The notes below the pieces were generated by a model. It was given only the letters and a program-made list of their open reading frames with translations. It had not been told where the DNA came from and searched no databases. A stretch of 64,000 nt of DNA from Vicinamibacteria bacterium (lineage in GTDB: Bacteria > Acidobacteriota > Vicinamibacteria > Marinacidobacterales > Marinacidobacteraceae), in the NCBI GenBank assembly GCA_964291235.2, contig OZ219816.1:384001-448000 (forward strand). The letters run 5' to 3'. The position numbers and the translations under genes are program-made. Positions 1-10,376 of this stretch are shown here, in pieces (within the stretch, counting starts at the first letter, position 1; the number at the start of each line of letters is the position of its first letter).

Positions 1-757
1 CCAGGCTGCGACCGAAGGCGACGAATACGAGCCCCGCCTGTCGCGCATCCGCCCAGGGCATGGACCTCCGGAGCAGGAAGACGGGCGGTTCGGGGGCTTC
101 CTGTTCGGTGCGTTGTACGTGGGCCGCGTCCGGCCCGTCCTTCAACTCCACATTGTCCCTCTTTCGCCGCCCGATGATGTGGTCCTGTGTCTGCTGCGAG
201 AACGATTCGAAGCGATCGAGGTCGTGGACCCACTGCTGGACAGCGGCGAACGACGACCCGTCGAGCCCCGGGCCCTGCCCGGCAACGAGCGCCGCCGCTG
301 CCGCGTCGTCACCCTTCGGATTCTCGGTCCCGTCCTCGTATCCGGTGAGGTCGAGGCCGCTCCGGTAGCGGAAGGCGTCCACCACGCCGTCGAGCGCGAA
401 GACGCCGGCAAGCGCCCGCTCCACCCGGCGGGTTTCGTGGACCAGCTCTCCCCGTTCTTCCGACCGCAGCCAGACCCAGAGGGCCGCCGGGGTCGAGGGA
501 ACCTGGAACCCGGGTCCGCTGGTAGCCGGGAAATCCCTCAGTCCCGGGACCCTGGCCCCCAGCTCACGGACCAGGGAGGCGCCCAGGCCGAAGACGAGCG
601 GCAGCCCGGGGTGGGGGTCGGCGAGGCGCTCCAGGGCATCGCGCGGGCTGGGCGCCGACGCCCCCCGCCGGAACGTCAGATAGCGGGCGTGGGGCGGGAT
701 GTCCGCGAGCACTCCGGGCTGCGGAAGAGAGCCCCGGTTTGCGTTTCCCAATGCCAT
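1..757 (-). CDS. Dyp-type (dye-decolorizing) peroxidase, 3' end runs off the window
   Basis: Not in the ORF track because it has no stop in the window. Manual translation from ATG at 757: MALGNANRGSLPQPGVLADIP...DLTGYEDGTENP...SSFAAVQQWVHDL...QDHIIGR...AAHVQR...LLRRSMPW. Contains the DyP GXXDG motif, proximal His and distal Arg. Confidence 0.9.
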   Translation of the reverse strand, partial: MALGNANRGSLPQPGVLADIPPHARYLTFRRGASAPSPRDALERLADPHPGLPLVFGLGASLVRELGARVPGLRDFPATSGPGFQVPSTPAALWVWLRSEERGELVHETRRVERALAGVFALDGVVDAFRYRSGLDLTGYEDGTENPKGDDAAAAALVAGQGPGLDGSSFAAVQQWVHDLDRFESFSQQTQDHIIGRRKRDNVELKDGPDAAHVQRTEQEAPEPPVFLLRRSMPWADARQAGLVFVAFGRSL

Positions 758-839
758 GTTCACACTCTCGTTCGATGGGAACGGTAGCGCGCCAGTACGA
801 TCCCCCGGCCACGGTCTCAAGGGCCGGAGGAGTCCGCCG

Positions 840-2321
840 ATGATCCAGACCACCACCCGTTTTCCATTGCCGGGTCTTCTCGCTTTCTGTCTGCTGGGGG
901 CCTCGGCCGCCGCCGCTCAGGACACACCGATCTTCACCGGGGACTTTCCCGCCGCCGAGTTCCAGGCGCGCCGGCAGGCAGTCATGGACGCCATCGGACC
1001 GGGGGCGATCGCGCTCCTCCAGGGGGCGCCCTCGCCCCTCGGCTACGTCCGGTTCCGCCAGACGAACTCGTTCTATTACCTGACCGGGGTGGAGACTCCC
1101 CACGCGTACCTGGTCCTCAATGGCACGACGGGAGGTTCCTCGCTCTACCTGCCGCCGCGGGACATCCGCCGGGAGTCGTCGGAGGGACGCCTCCTGACCT
1201 CGGACGATGCGGAACTCGCTCGCGCGAAGACGGGCGTCTCCGACGTGCATCCCACCTGGAAGCTGAGCGACCACCTCGCCCGCCTCGCCTGGGGCGCCAA
1301 CCCGCCCGTGGTCCATACCCCGCTCGCCCCCGCCGAACTCGCGGCCATGAGCCGGGACCTCGCGACCCGCGGCAATTCGGACATCGCGAACGATCCCTGG
1401 GATGCGAGGCCGTCGCGCGAGGCGACTTTCGTGGCGCGTCTCGAAGGACGCTTTCCCCGGCTCGAGATCCGCGACCTGACTCCGGTGCTCGACCGGCTGC
1501 GGCTCGTGAAGAGCGAACGCGAGATCGCGCTCATCGCGAAGGCCACGCGGCTTTCCGGGTTGGCGCTCATGGAAGCGATGCGCTCGACCCGCCCGGGGAT
1601 CTACGAGCACGAACTCGACGCCGTCGGCAAGTTCCTCTTCTTCCGCGACGGGGCGCAGGCAGAGGCCTACTACTCGCTGGTCGCGACCGGAACGAACGCC
1701 TGGTATCCGCACTACCACCGGGGGGCCAGCCAACTCGAGGACGGGGACCTGATCCTGATGGATTACGCCCCGGACATCGGCTACTACACGAGCGACGTGA
1801 CCCGGATGTGGCCGGTGAACGGCGTGTTCAACGAGTGGCAGCGCGACCTCTACGGGTTCTACCTGGCCACCTACCGGGCGGTCCTCGACGCCATCCGGCC
1901 GGGGGACGTGGCGACGGTGATGGGCGAAGCGGCCACCCGCATGGAAGAAATCGTGCGCGACTGGCCGTTCACGAAGCCCCACTACCGTCCCGCCGCCGAG
2001 GCCTTCGTCGCCTCCTACCGGCGCCGGGCCGCGGGACGCCCGAACGGGATGGGCCACGGAGTGGGGATGGCGGTCCACGACGTCGGGAACGCCGACGGGA
2101 CGCTCACCCCGGGGATGGTGTTCACCATCGAGCCGCAGTTCCGGGTGCCGGAAGACCGGATCTACATTCGGCTCGAGGACGTCATCGTGATTACGGAGGA
2201 CGGCGCCGAGAACATCTCGGACTTCGTTCCGATGGACATGGAGGGCATCGAGGCCCTGATGGCCGAGCCGGGTCTGCTGGAGCGTTACCCGAGTCCCCTC
2301 AAGGAGGGCGCGAACCGCTGA
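840..2321 (+). CDS. Secreted Xaa-Pro aminopeptidase (M24 family)
   Basis: Signal peptide from ATG 840; FRQTNSFYYLTG N-terminal domain; metal ligands in MD..YTSDVTR, GHGVGMAVHD, TIEP and RLED. Confidence 0.88.
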   Translation: MIQTTTRFPLPGLLAFCLLGASAAAAQDTPIFTGDFPAAEFQARRQAVMDAIGPGAIALLQGAPSPLGYVRFRQTNSFYYLTGVETPHAYLVLNGTTGGSSLYLPPRDIRRESSEGRLLTSDDAELARAKTGVSDVHPTWKLSDHLARLAWGANPPVVHTPLAPAELAAMSRDLATRGNSDIANDPWDARPSREATFVARLEGRFPRLEIRDLTPVLDRLRLVKSEREIALIAKATRLSGLALMEAMRSTRPGIYEHELDAVGKFLFFRDGAQAEAYYSLVATGTNAWYPHYHRGASQLEDGDLILMDYAPDIGYYTSDVTRMWPVNGVFNEWQRDLYGFYLATYRAVLDAIRPGDVATVMGEAATRMEEIVRDWPFTKPHYRPAAEAFVASYRRRAAGRPNGMGHGVGMAVHDVGNADGTLTPGMVFTIEPQFRVPEDRIYIRLEDVIVITEDGAENISDFVPMDMEGIEALMAEPGLLERYPSPLKEGANR

Positions 2322-2365
2322 GGATCGCGGCTACCGGGCGTGCGCCGTGCGGCTGAGGGGTGATT

Positions 2366-2722
2366 TGCGGTTCCGGCCGTCTGTGCTCGGGAGGGTCCGT
2401 CCCGCCGCCCCACCTCCGGCGGGGCTGTGCCGGCCTGGAGGCCGGCGTTCCATTGCGGTCCCGGACGTCTGTGCTCGGGAAGGTCCGTCCCGCCGCCCCG
2501 CCTGCGGCGGGGCTGTGCCGGCCTGGAGGCCGGCGTTTCCGTGCGGTCGCCCGCCGTCTGTCTTACGGGAGTCCGCCCCGCCGCCCCGCTTTGCGGGGCT
2601 GTGCCGGCCTGGAGGCCGGCGTTCCAGTGCGGTCGCCCGCCGTTTGTGCTGGGGAAGGTCCGTCCCGCCGCCCCGCCTGCGGCGGGGCTGTGCCGGCCTG
2701 GAGGCCGGCGTTCCCGTGCGGG
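2366..2722. repeat. Tandem array of about 4 x 86-89 bp REP-containing units
   Basis: Units start at 2378, 2466, 2555 and 2641; each carries GGGCTGTGCCGGCCTGGAGGCCGGCGTT with a GCCGGC-CTGGAG-GCCGGC hairpin. Confidence 0.9.
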
Positions 2723-2841
2723 CGGTGCTGTGAGGCTGACGGGCGATGTGCGTTCCGCGGGCTCGCGGGAACGGTGCGGGGGGAACGCCGTTCTGACCTG
2801 GGGGAGAATGGTCGGGATAACGGAATCGAGGACGCGCCGGA

Positions 2842-5334
2842 ATGCTGCATGAATTCGTCGAGGCTCTGAAGAGCCTCTCCAAACGGCCCGGGTTCGCGCT
2901 GCTCGTCGTCGTGCCCCTGGCGCTCGGGATCGGCGCCACCTCGACCGTCTTCTCGGCGGTGTCCGGGGTCCTCCTGAAGGCGCCGAACTACGTCGAACCG
3001 GACCGGCTCATGCAGGTCTGGGAGCGGCGTCCCCGCTTGCCGATGCCGGACGAGGTCGCCGCGTTTTCCACGGACCACTTCCGCAGTTGGCGCGACGCGA
3101 ACACCGTCTTTGAAGGTCTCGCGATGTACGGTGACTTTCCGGTGGCCTATCGCGGGCTCGCGGAGGCGCCGGGCGATCCCCGCCCGCTCTCCGCCGAACG
3201 GGTCTCGCCGGAGCTGTTCGAGATCCTGGGGGTCTCGCCCCAGCAGGGGCGCGCCTTCCGGCCCGAAGAGGGGACACCGGGACGGGACGCGGTTGCCATC
3301 CTCTCCCACAGCTTCTGGACCCGGGAATTCGGCGGCGACCCGGACATCGTCGGCAGCGCGATCCGCCTGAACGACCGGAGCTTCGAAATCGTCGGGATCA
3401 TGCCCCGCGACTTCGGTTTCCCCATCCCCACCACCGAGATCTATCTTCCCTACCCGCTCGAGCCGCCCGCTGACCTCCAGCCGGGGCAGATTCGGCTCGA
3501 ACTCGTGCAGGTGGTGGGCCGGCTGCGGGACGGGATCAGCATCGAAGCGGCGGAAGCGGAGGCGGCGGCGCTCATCGCCCGGCTCAGCGAGGAGAGCGAG
3601 ATCCAGCGGATGCTGAACGACGGAGTGACGGTGCACCTCAGCTCCTTCACCGAGCGAGCCACCCGCCGCATCCGCCAACCGCTCATCGCCCTCTTCGGAG
3701 TGACGCTGCTCGTGCTGCTCATCGTCTGCGGCAACGTGGCCAACCTGCTCCTCACCCGGGCGGCCTGGCGGGAGCGCGAACTCGCGGTCCGGAGCGCGCT
3801 CGGCGCCAACCGGTCGCGCCTGCTGCGGCGGTTGCTCGCCGAGAGCGTGCTGCTCGCCGCCGGCGCCGGAACGCTCGGCGCGCTGCTGGCGGTGGCCGGG
3901 GCCGGTTTCGTGCGCTCCCTGACGGTGCTCGGCCTCCCCCAACTGGCCGCCGCCAGCGTGGATGCCCGGGTGGTCGCCTTCACCTTCGGGGTGGCCGCCC
4001 TCGCGGCGCTGGTGTTCGGCACCCTGCCCGCTCTCAAGGCCTCGTCGGGCGATCCGGCGGCCGCCCTCGACGCCTCGGCGCGCGGCGAATCCACCGCGCT
4101 CGGCAGCAGCACCCGCCGCATCGGACGGCGGGGGCTGTTCGCGGCGCTCCAACTCGCCCTGGCCCTGCCGCTGCTGATCGGCGCCGGTCTCCTGACGCGG
4201 AGTTTCCTCGCCCTGGTCAGCGCGCCTCCCGGGTACCAGCCCGAAAACACGGCGGCGTTCGAAGTGCAGCTCGCCACCGGCCGGTACCCGGACGCCGCGG
4301 CGCAGGCGGACGTGCTGGACCGGATCCGGGAATCGCTCGCCGCCATACCCGGCGTCACCCAGGTGGGCATCGTGGACACCCTGCCGCTCAGCGGCGAGCG
4401 GGCCATCATCGGCTTCCAGCGGATCGGCGAAGACTCGATCACGGACCCGAACCGGGTGCCGCGTGCGCTGCTCCGCCGCGTTTCGCCGGGGTACTTCCGC
4501 GCGATGGGAATCGCGCTGCGGGAGGGGCGGGTGTTCGAGGAGGCGGACCGCGCCAATCCGGCCGGCGTTTCGGTCGTGAACCAGAGCCTCGTGGACCGCT
4601 ATCTCACCGACCCCCCGGTGGGACTCGAGTTGCGGGGCATGGGACAGATCGTGGGCGTGGTGGCGGATGTGTACGAGGAGGGCGTGGACACGCCGCCCGA
4701 ACCGATCCTCTATCACCTGCTCGACGATGCCCGCATGCCCGGCGGCGGCGACGTGGTGCACCGAAGCGTCGTCCTCCGGCACGCGCCGGGCGCTTCGGTC
4801 ATGCAGGCCGCGGCCGCCCGGCTCGAGGAGCTGGACCCGGAACTGGCGGCCCTGAATCCGCGCTCCCTCGCCGACCGCATCCGCGAGTCGGTCGCCCAGC
4901 CCCGGCTCTACGCCCTGCTGCTCGGGGCGTTCGCGGCGGCGGCGGCGCTGCTCGCCGCCTGGGGCGTCTTCGGGGTCGTCGGCTTTCAGGCGAATGCCCG
5001 GATCCCGGCGCACGGGGTGCGGATGGCGTTCGGCGCGACTCCGACGGACATCCGCCGCCTCGTCCTGGGCGACGCGGTCCGGATCGCCGCGCTCGGTCTG
5101 GCGCCGGGGCTCCTGCTGGCCTTCGTCCTGGTGCGCGTCGCCGGCAGCGAATTGAGCCCGCTCCTTTTCCAGGTCACCCCGCTGGATCCCACCGTGTACG
5201 TCCTGGTGCCGCTGTTGCTCCTGGCGGCGGTCGTTGCCGCCTCCCTCCAGCCAGCCGCCACCGCCGCCCGCCTCGACGTGGTCCAGGCGCTTCGGTCGGA
5301 ACATCCACGTTCGCGACCAAGCTGGTTCGCGTGA
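2842..5334 (+). CDS. ADOP-type duplicated ABC permease (MacB/FtsX-like)
   Basis: 830 aa; PGFALLVVVPLALGIGATSTVFS, LLIVCGNVANLLL..R.RE.AVR.ALGA; two MacB periplasmic plus FtsX halves. Confidence 0.9.
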   Translation: MLHEFVEALKSLSKRPGFALLVVVPLALGIGATSTVFSAVSGVLLKAPNYVEPDRLMQVWERRPRLPMPDEVAAFSTDHFRSWRDANTVFEGLAMYGDFPVAYRGLAEAPGDPRPLSAERVSPELFEILGVSPQQGRAFRPEEGTPGRDAVAILSHSFWTREFGGDPDIVGSAIRLNDRSFEIVGIMPRDFGFPIPTTEIYLPYPLEPPADLQPGQIRLELVQVVGRLRDGISIEAAEAEAAALIARLSEESEIQRMLNDGVTVHLSSFTERATRRIRQPLIALFGVTLLVLLIVCGNVANLLLTRAAWRERELAVRSALGANRSRLLRRLLAESVLLAAGAGTLGALLAVAGAGFVRSLTVLGLPQLAAASVDARVVAFTFGVAALAALVFGTLPALKASSGDPAAALDASARGESTALGSSTRRIGRRGLFAALQLALALPLLIGAGLLTRSFLALVSAPPGYQPENTAAFEVQLATGRYPDAAAQADVLDRIRESLAAIPGVTQVGIVDTLPLSGERAIIGFQRIGEDSITDPNRVPRALLRRVSPGYFRAMGIALREGRVFEEADRANPAGVSVVNQSLVDRYLTDPPVGLELRGMGQIVGVVADVYEEGVDTPPEPILYHLLDDARMPGGGDVVHRSVVLRHAPGASVMQAAAARLEELDPELAALNPRSLADRIRESVAQPRLYALLLGAFAAAAALLAAWGVFGVVGFQANARIPAHGVRMAFGATPTDIRRLVLGDAVRIAALGLAPGLLLAFVLVRVAGSELSPLLFQVTPLDPTVYVLVPLLLLAAVVAASLQPAATAARLDVVQALRSEHPRSRPSWFA

Positions 5335-5421
5335 GGGACGCTCCGCGGAAAACGTGAATCCCTCCCGGGAACAATCCCGGGTCGCAATCGTAATAAGCGC
5401 CCACCGGAGAAAGGATTAGGA

Positions 5422-6948
5422 TTGAGTCTGTTGTCGAGGTTCCCACGCCGCTGGCGTCTCCTGACCGGACTGGGCGTCGCGGGGATCCTGGCCCTCTACC
5501 GGGTGGGGTCCGATGCCCCGGCGGAGCCGGAGGAAGAACGGGCCGAGGCAGAGAGCATCGTCTCCCCCTGTCCTCCCGGCGAAGGCGTGGAGGGCGCGCT
5601 CTGCGGAACGCTCGAGGTTCTGGAGGACCGGGCGGACCCCGAGAGCAGGACGATCGCGCTGAACATCCTCGTGGCGCCGGCCGCCGAGCAGGGTGGCGAA
5701 CCGGACCCGGTGTTCTTCCTGGCCGGAGGGCCGGGTCAGGCGGCCACCGAACTCGCTCCTCTCCTCCGGCAGGCGGTTCCGGAACTGTTCCTCCGCCGGG
5801 ACTTCGTGTTCGTGGATCAACGGGGGACGGGAGATTCCAATCCGCTGACCTGCGACTTCCTCGAGGAGCGGGTGACCTACTTCGACAGCGTTCCCGAGGA
5901 GCTGTCGGAAGAAGACTGGCGTGAGTGTCTGGATTCCCTGGATGCAGACCCGGAGCACTACACGACGCCCGTCGCGATGGACGACCTGGAAGAAGTCCGG
6001 GTCGCGCTCGGCTACGGACCGATCAATGTCTGGGGCGGCTCCTACGGCACCCGCGCCGCCACCGTCTTCCTCCGGCGCCACCCGGAGAGCGTCCGCACGG
6101 TGATCCTCGACGGGGTGGCGCCCGTGGACATGCGGATCCCGTTGCACTTCGCGGAGGACGGCCAGCGGGCCCTGAACCTGCTCACCGAGTCCTGCGCCGC
6201 GGACGCCGCCTGCAACGCGCGGTTTCCGGACCTCGAGCGGTCCATCGAGGCGCTGCTCGCGAGCCTCGATCAGGATCCGCCCCCGAGCTACCGCGTCCGT
6301 CATCCCCGGACCGGCGACTGGCAGGAGATCCCCATCGGACGCGAACTGGTGGCCGGAGTGCTGCGGGCCGTGCTCTACAACCCGACGAGCGCGTCGGTCA
6401 TCCCGCTGATGATCGAGAGCGCGCTCGACGGCGACTTCGGCCCCATGCTGGTGTTCGCCGATCCGGTCGCGGGGCCCCAGCTCGCCATCGGGATGTTCCT
6501 GTCGGTGCTGTGCGCCGAGGACATCCCCTTCCTGACGACCGAGGAAGCGGCGCGAGCCGCCGAGGAGAGTTTCCTCGACCCGCTGATGGCCGAGCAGATG
6601 CAGGAGGCCTGCGCGGTATGGCCGCGCGGAGACCTCTCGCCGGACTACCGGGAGCCGGTCCGGTCCGAGGCGCCGGTACTCATCTTTTCCGGGGAACTGG
6701 ACCCGGTGACCCCACCGCGCTGGGGCGAACATGCCGCGGCCACGCTCCCGAACTCCCGGCACCTCGTCGTCCCGGGCACCGGGCACGGCACGATGATGGC
6801 CGGCTGCGCCCCCGAACTGATCGGGGAGTTCCTCGACTCCACCGATCCCGCCGCGCTGAACGCCGATTGCCTGTCCGGCATCGCCCGGCCTCCGTTCTGG
6901 AAGTCGGCAACCGGTCCCGGCGCTCCGAAATCCGAGCCCCAGCCGTGA
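5422..6948 (+). CDS. Alpha/beta hydrolase (TAP-like peptidase)
   Basis: LAGGPG, DQRGTG, GGSYG nucleophile, GELDPVTP, GHG; N-terminal hydrophobic segment. Confidence 0.85.
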   Translation: MSLLSRFPRRWRLLTGLGVAGILALYRVGSDAPAEPEEERAEAESIVSPCPPGEGVEGALCGTLEVLEDRADPESRTIALNILVAPAAEQGGEPDPVFFLAGGPGQAATELAPLLRQAVPELFLRRDFVFVDQRGTGDSNPLTCDFLEERVTYFDSVPEELSEEDWRECLDSLDADPEHYTTPVAMDDLEEVRVALGYGPINVWGGSYGTRAATVFLRRHPESVRTVILDGVAPVDMRIPLHFAEDGQRALNLLTESCAADAACNARFPDLERSIEALLASLDQDPPPSYRVRHPRTGDWQEIPIGRELVAGVLRAVLYNPTSASVIPLMIESALDGDFGPMLVFADPVAGPQLAIGMFLSVLCAEDIPFLTTEEAARAAEESFLDPLMAEQMQEACAVWPRGDLSPDYREPVRSEAPVLIFSGELDPVTPPRWGEHAAATLPNSRHLVVPGTGHGTMMAGCAPELIGEFLDSTDPAALNADCLSGIARPPFWKSATGPGAPKSEPQP

Positions 6949-7676
6949 TCGAGGTCTCCGGTCTGAAGAAGACCTTCGGCAGCGTCGTGGCCGTGGAGGA
7001 TGTGAGTTTTCGCGCCGAAGACGGCCGGATCACCGGACTCCTCGGCCCCAATGGAGCCGGAAAGTCCACCACTCTGCGAATGCTCTACGGCCTGATGGCG
7101 CCGGAAGCGGGCGAAGTTACGGTGGACGGGGTGGATGTCCAGCGGGAAACCATGGCGGCGCAGCGGCGGATCGGCGCGCTCCCCGACACCCACGCCCTGT
7201 ATCCCCGCCTGACCGGCCGCGAGAACATCCGCTACTTCGCCGAGCTTCGCCGCATTCCGCGCGAGGAAGCCGAGGCACGGATCAAGGACTTCGTCCAACT
7301 GCTGGAGATGGGCGACTTCGTGGACCGGCGCGCCAAGGGCTATTCCCACGGCGAGCGCTCCCGGGTGCTGCTCGCCCGGGCACTCATCCACGAGCCCCGG
7401 AACGTCCTCCTCGACGAGCCGACCAACGGGCTGGACGTGATGAGCACCCGGCGCATGCGGGACCTGATCCGCGAGCTGCGGACACGGGGCTGCGCGGTGC
7501 TCTTTTCGAGCCACATCATGCAGGAGGTGTCCCTCCTCTGCGACCAGATCGTGATCATCGCGGCCGGCCAGGTGATCGCCTCGGGCTCCCCTGACGAGAT
7601 CCGGCGGACGGCGGGCTCCGGGGATCTGGAGGAAGCCTTCGTCCGGCTGACCGGACCGCAGGAGGGTGCAGCGTGA
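6945..7676 (+). CDS. NatA-like ABC transporter ATP-binding protein
   Basis: GTG overlaps the upstream TGA; GPNGAGKST Walker A, LLDEPT Walker B, SSH switch. Confidence 0.88.
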   Translation: MIEVSGLKKTFGSVVAVEDVSFRAEDGRITGLLGPNGAGKSTTLRMLYGLMAPEAGEVTVDGVDVQRETMAAQRRIGALPDTHALYPRLTGRENIRYFAELRRIPREEAEARIKDFVQLLEMGDFVDRRAKGYSHGERSRVLLARALIHEPRNVLLDEPTNGLDVMSTRRMRDLIRELRTRGCAVLFSSHIMQEVSLLCDQIVIIAAGQVIASGSPDEIRRTAGSGDLEEAFVRLTGPQEGAA

Positions 7677-8839
7677 TGCGAAGCGCCGCCATCGTCTTCC
7701 GGAAGGAACTCCTCGACGGGATCCGCGACCGGCGGGCCTTCATCGCGGTCCTGGTTTCGATCAGCATCTTCCCGCTGATGATGCTGCTCATCGGCCGCTT
7801 CAGCGAAGAGATCCGCGATGAAGTCCGGAACATGGAGGTTCCGGTGGAAGGCCGGGAAAACGCACCCGATCTCGTCGAATGGCTCGAACAGCAGCCAGGG
7901 CTGGAACTGACTCCGGCCCCGGAGGATCCCGAGACCGCGGTGCAGGAACGCGAGGTGGACCTGGTGCTGCGGATCCCGGCGGACTACGAGGAGCGGTTCG
8001 CGGAGGGACGGCCGGCGGAAGTGGAATTGGTCGCCGACAGTTCGCGGGCGGGAGCGCGGGCGCAGGCGGGCCGCGTCACCAGGCTGCTCGAGGGTTACGG
8101 GAACCAGGTTGCCGCCCTGCGCCTGATCAGCCGGGGGGTGAGTCCGCTGCTCATCCGCCCGCTCTCCGTCGAGCGCGCGGAGGTCTTCAGTTCCCGGCGG
8201 CGGACGGCCTTCTCCGCTCTCGGCTTCATCCCCATGTTCTTGCTGATGAACGCCTTCTTCGGCGGCATGCAGATCGCCTCGGACGCCATTGCCGGCGAAC
8301 GCGAGCGCGGGTCCATCGAGGCGCTGCTGCTGAACGCGGTTCCGGCGCGCTTCCTCGTCCTCGGCAAGTGGGCGGCGGCCTCGACCTTTGCCGTTTTCCT
8401 GACGATGCTCGGGATCGGAACCTGTGTGCTGGTGCTGCGCTTCATGCCCGGAGCGCTGAACATTTCACCGACCGTCGGCGACTGGGGACTGGTGGCGGTC
8501 GCCGCCCTCCCGCTGGCGCTTTTCTGCTCGGCGATTCAAGTGGTGGTTTCGACCTACGCGAAGTCGTACAAGGAAGCGCAGACCTATTTCGGCTACGTGG
8601 CCTTCCTCCCCATGATTCCCTTCTTCGCCGTCACCTTCAATCTCGTCGAGCAAGGGACCTGGACGGCCTTCATCCCGATTCTCGGCCAGCACCTGATGAT
8701 CCTGAACGTGATGGCCGGCGAAGCCCTCGCGACCTGGGAACTGGCGCTCGCCGGATTCATCGCGCTCGCCGCGGCCTGGGCGCTCCTGCGGTTCGCGTCA
8801 GCGCTCTTCGTCCGCGAGAGCGTTGTCTTCGTCCGCTGA
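7673..8839 (+). CDS. NatB-like ABC-2 permease
   Basis: KELLDGIRDRR, AGERERGSIEALL, KSYKEAQTY; several TM segments. Confidence 0.88.
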   Translation: MMRSAAIVFRKELLDGIRDRRAFIAVLVSISIFPLMMLLIGRFSEEIRDEVRNMEVPVEGRENAPDLVEWLEQQPGLELTPAPEDPETAVQEREVDLVLRIPADYEERFAEGRPAEVELVADSSRAGARAQAGRVTRLLEGYGNQVAALRLISRGVSPLLIRPLSVERAEVFSSRRRTAFSALGFIPMFLLMNAFFGGMQIASDAIAGERERGSIEALLLNAVPARFLVLGKWAAASTFAVFLTMLGIGTCVLVLRFMPGALNISPTVGDWGLVAVAALPLALFCSAIQVVVSTYAKSYKEAQTYFGYVAFLPMIPFFAVTFNLVEQGTWTAFIPILGQHLMILNVMAGEALATWELALAGFIALAAAWALLRFASALFVRESVVFVR

Positions 8840-9493
8840 GCGGACGGTCGCCACCGCCTGGATCCGCCGGCCTTCCAGCCGGTACTTCCGCTCGAAGTTG
8901 GACCCCGCGAGTTCTCCCTCGTGCGTGGAGGCGGGCGGTTCGTAGGGACGGCGCTCCAGTCTCTTCCGGGACGCCAGCGCCTGCTCGATCTCGGCGAAGT
9001 ACTCCGGGGAGTCCGTGACGACTCGCAGGACGGCGCCGGGAGCAAGCACCCGCTCGCAGGCCGCGAGAAAGTCCGGCTGGATCAGGAGCCGCCGGTGCGC
9101 GTGCCGCCGCTTCGGCCAGGGGTCGGGGAAATACGCGTGCAGGCCGTCAACACAACCCGCCCGCAACGCTTCCAGCGTCTCGCGGGCCTCGCCGCGGACG
9201 ATGCGGGCATTCGGCCTTTCCCGCCGGCGGAGCCGGTCCGCGGCGTACAACCAGTAGCGCCGCGCCCGTTCCACTCCGACAAAGAGCGCGTCCGGCCGGA
9301 GCTCGGACTCGGCGACCAGAAAGGAACCTTTCCCCGAGCCGATCTCCACCTCGAGCGAAGCGTCACGCCGGTCTTCCCCGAACAGCCGGCGCGGGTCGAA
9401 CGGCCGCTCCAGCTCTTCCCCCAGTTCCTCCAGAGTGAACCCGTAGCCGGCCGGGTCGGTGTCCCGGCGGGTGCGGACGTGGCTGCGGCCCAT
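8798..9493 (-). CDS. trmB: tRNA (guanine-N7)-methyltransferase
   Basis: EIGSGKG SAM motif, YFPDPWPKRRH, TD, SNFERKY. Confidence 0.92.
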   Translation of the reverse strand: MGRSHVRTRRDTDPAGYGFTLEELGEELERPFDPRRLFGEDRRDASLEVEIGSGKGSFLVAESELRPDALFVGVERARRYWLYAADRLRRRERPNARIVRGEARETLEALRAGCVDGLHAYFPDPWPKRRHAHRRLLIQPDFLAACERVLAPGAVLRVVTDSPEYFAEIEQALASRKRLERRPYEPPASTHEGELAGSNFERKYRLEGRRIQAVATVRSADEDNALADEER

Positions 9494-9528
9494 CCCGGAA
9501 GACGGCTGTGGTGAACGCGCTCGTCGTT

Positions 9529-10326
9529 CTAAGGCGCGTTCCCGCCCCGGCGGTGACTGAAGAGCCAGTCATAGAGGCCATCCTCACGATAGGCCTGGAC
9601 CCAGGAGTCGTGTCCCACCCCGGGATACTCGGTGTAGCGAGGTTCCGCTCCCGCGGCTTCGAGCGCGGCGACCATCCGCCGGGACTCCTCGGTGGGCACC
9701 CGCCGGTCCTCCCCGCCGTGGAAGATCCACACCGGGATGTCGGCGACCACCCGCGCCGCCTCCGCCCAGGGATCGTCGGGATGGGTGGCGGATGGGTGCC
9801 AGTCGGGCACCGGCATTCGGGTGCGCCTCGTGGTGATCCCGCCACACACCGGAACCAGGGCCGCGAAGCGCTCCGGATACCGGTAAGCGAGGGCCCAGGT
9901 CCCGTAGCCGCCCAGCGAGAGTCCCGTGAGGTACGTGCGGTCCGGATCGCCGCCGAACTCCGCAACCGACGCATCGAGCGCGGCGAGCGCCACCGTTTCG
10001 ATCTCGGGCGTCCCCCACCAGGAGTTCCGCGGCGACTGGGGCATCACCACCAGCGCCGGGAAATCGGGCCGCTCCCGGAGCACCGCGGGCAGTCCGATCT
10101 CGGTCTGGCGCACGCCGTCGGATCCCGACTGCCCCGCGCCGTGGAGGAACAGGATGACCGCGGGATTCGTTTCGGCGCCGGAGAGCACCGCCGCCGGAAC
10201 GAAGACCTGCCATCCGTACGTTCGGCCGCCCACCTCGGTGGTCCGGGGCAACACCTGCCCGTCCTGCGCGGAAGCCGTGGCCGTTGGCAACAGACTCAGG
10301 ACGAGCCCCAGGAGAACGAAGCGCAT
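9529..10326 (-). CDS. Secreted alpha/beta hydrolase (predicted peptidase/esterase)
   Basis: Signal peptide; LFLHGAG, GLSLGG, IFHGGED, GHDSW. Confidence 0.85.
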   Translation of the reverse strand: MRFVLLGLVLSLLPTATASAQDGQVLPRTTEVGGRTYGWQVFVPAAVLSGAETNPAVILFLHGAGQSGSDGVRQTEIGLPAVLRERPDFPALVVMPQSPRNSWWGTPEIETVALAALDASVAEFGGDPDRTYLTGLSLGGYGTWALAYRYPERFAALVPVCGGITTRRTRMPVPDWHPSATHPDDPWAEAARVVADIPVWIFHGGEDRRVPTEESRRMVAALEAAGAEPRYTEYPGVGHDSWVQAYREDGLYDWLFSHRRGGNAP

Positions 10327-10376
10327 GGCGGCGGATGCTACAGCGGGGCGGCCGGGCGCGCGCGCCGGTGCCGGTG

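Noticed and set aside
1-757. Encapsulin-cargo system around the DyP peroxidase
   Set aside because: The DyP C-terminus and downstream gene are outside the window; cannot be assessed.
2347-2939. ORFs spanning the 88-bp repeats
   Set aside because: Translations of a GC-rich non-coding repeat with unit lengths mostly not divisible by 3.
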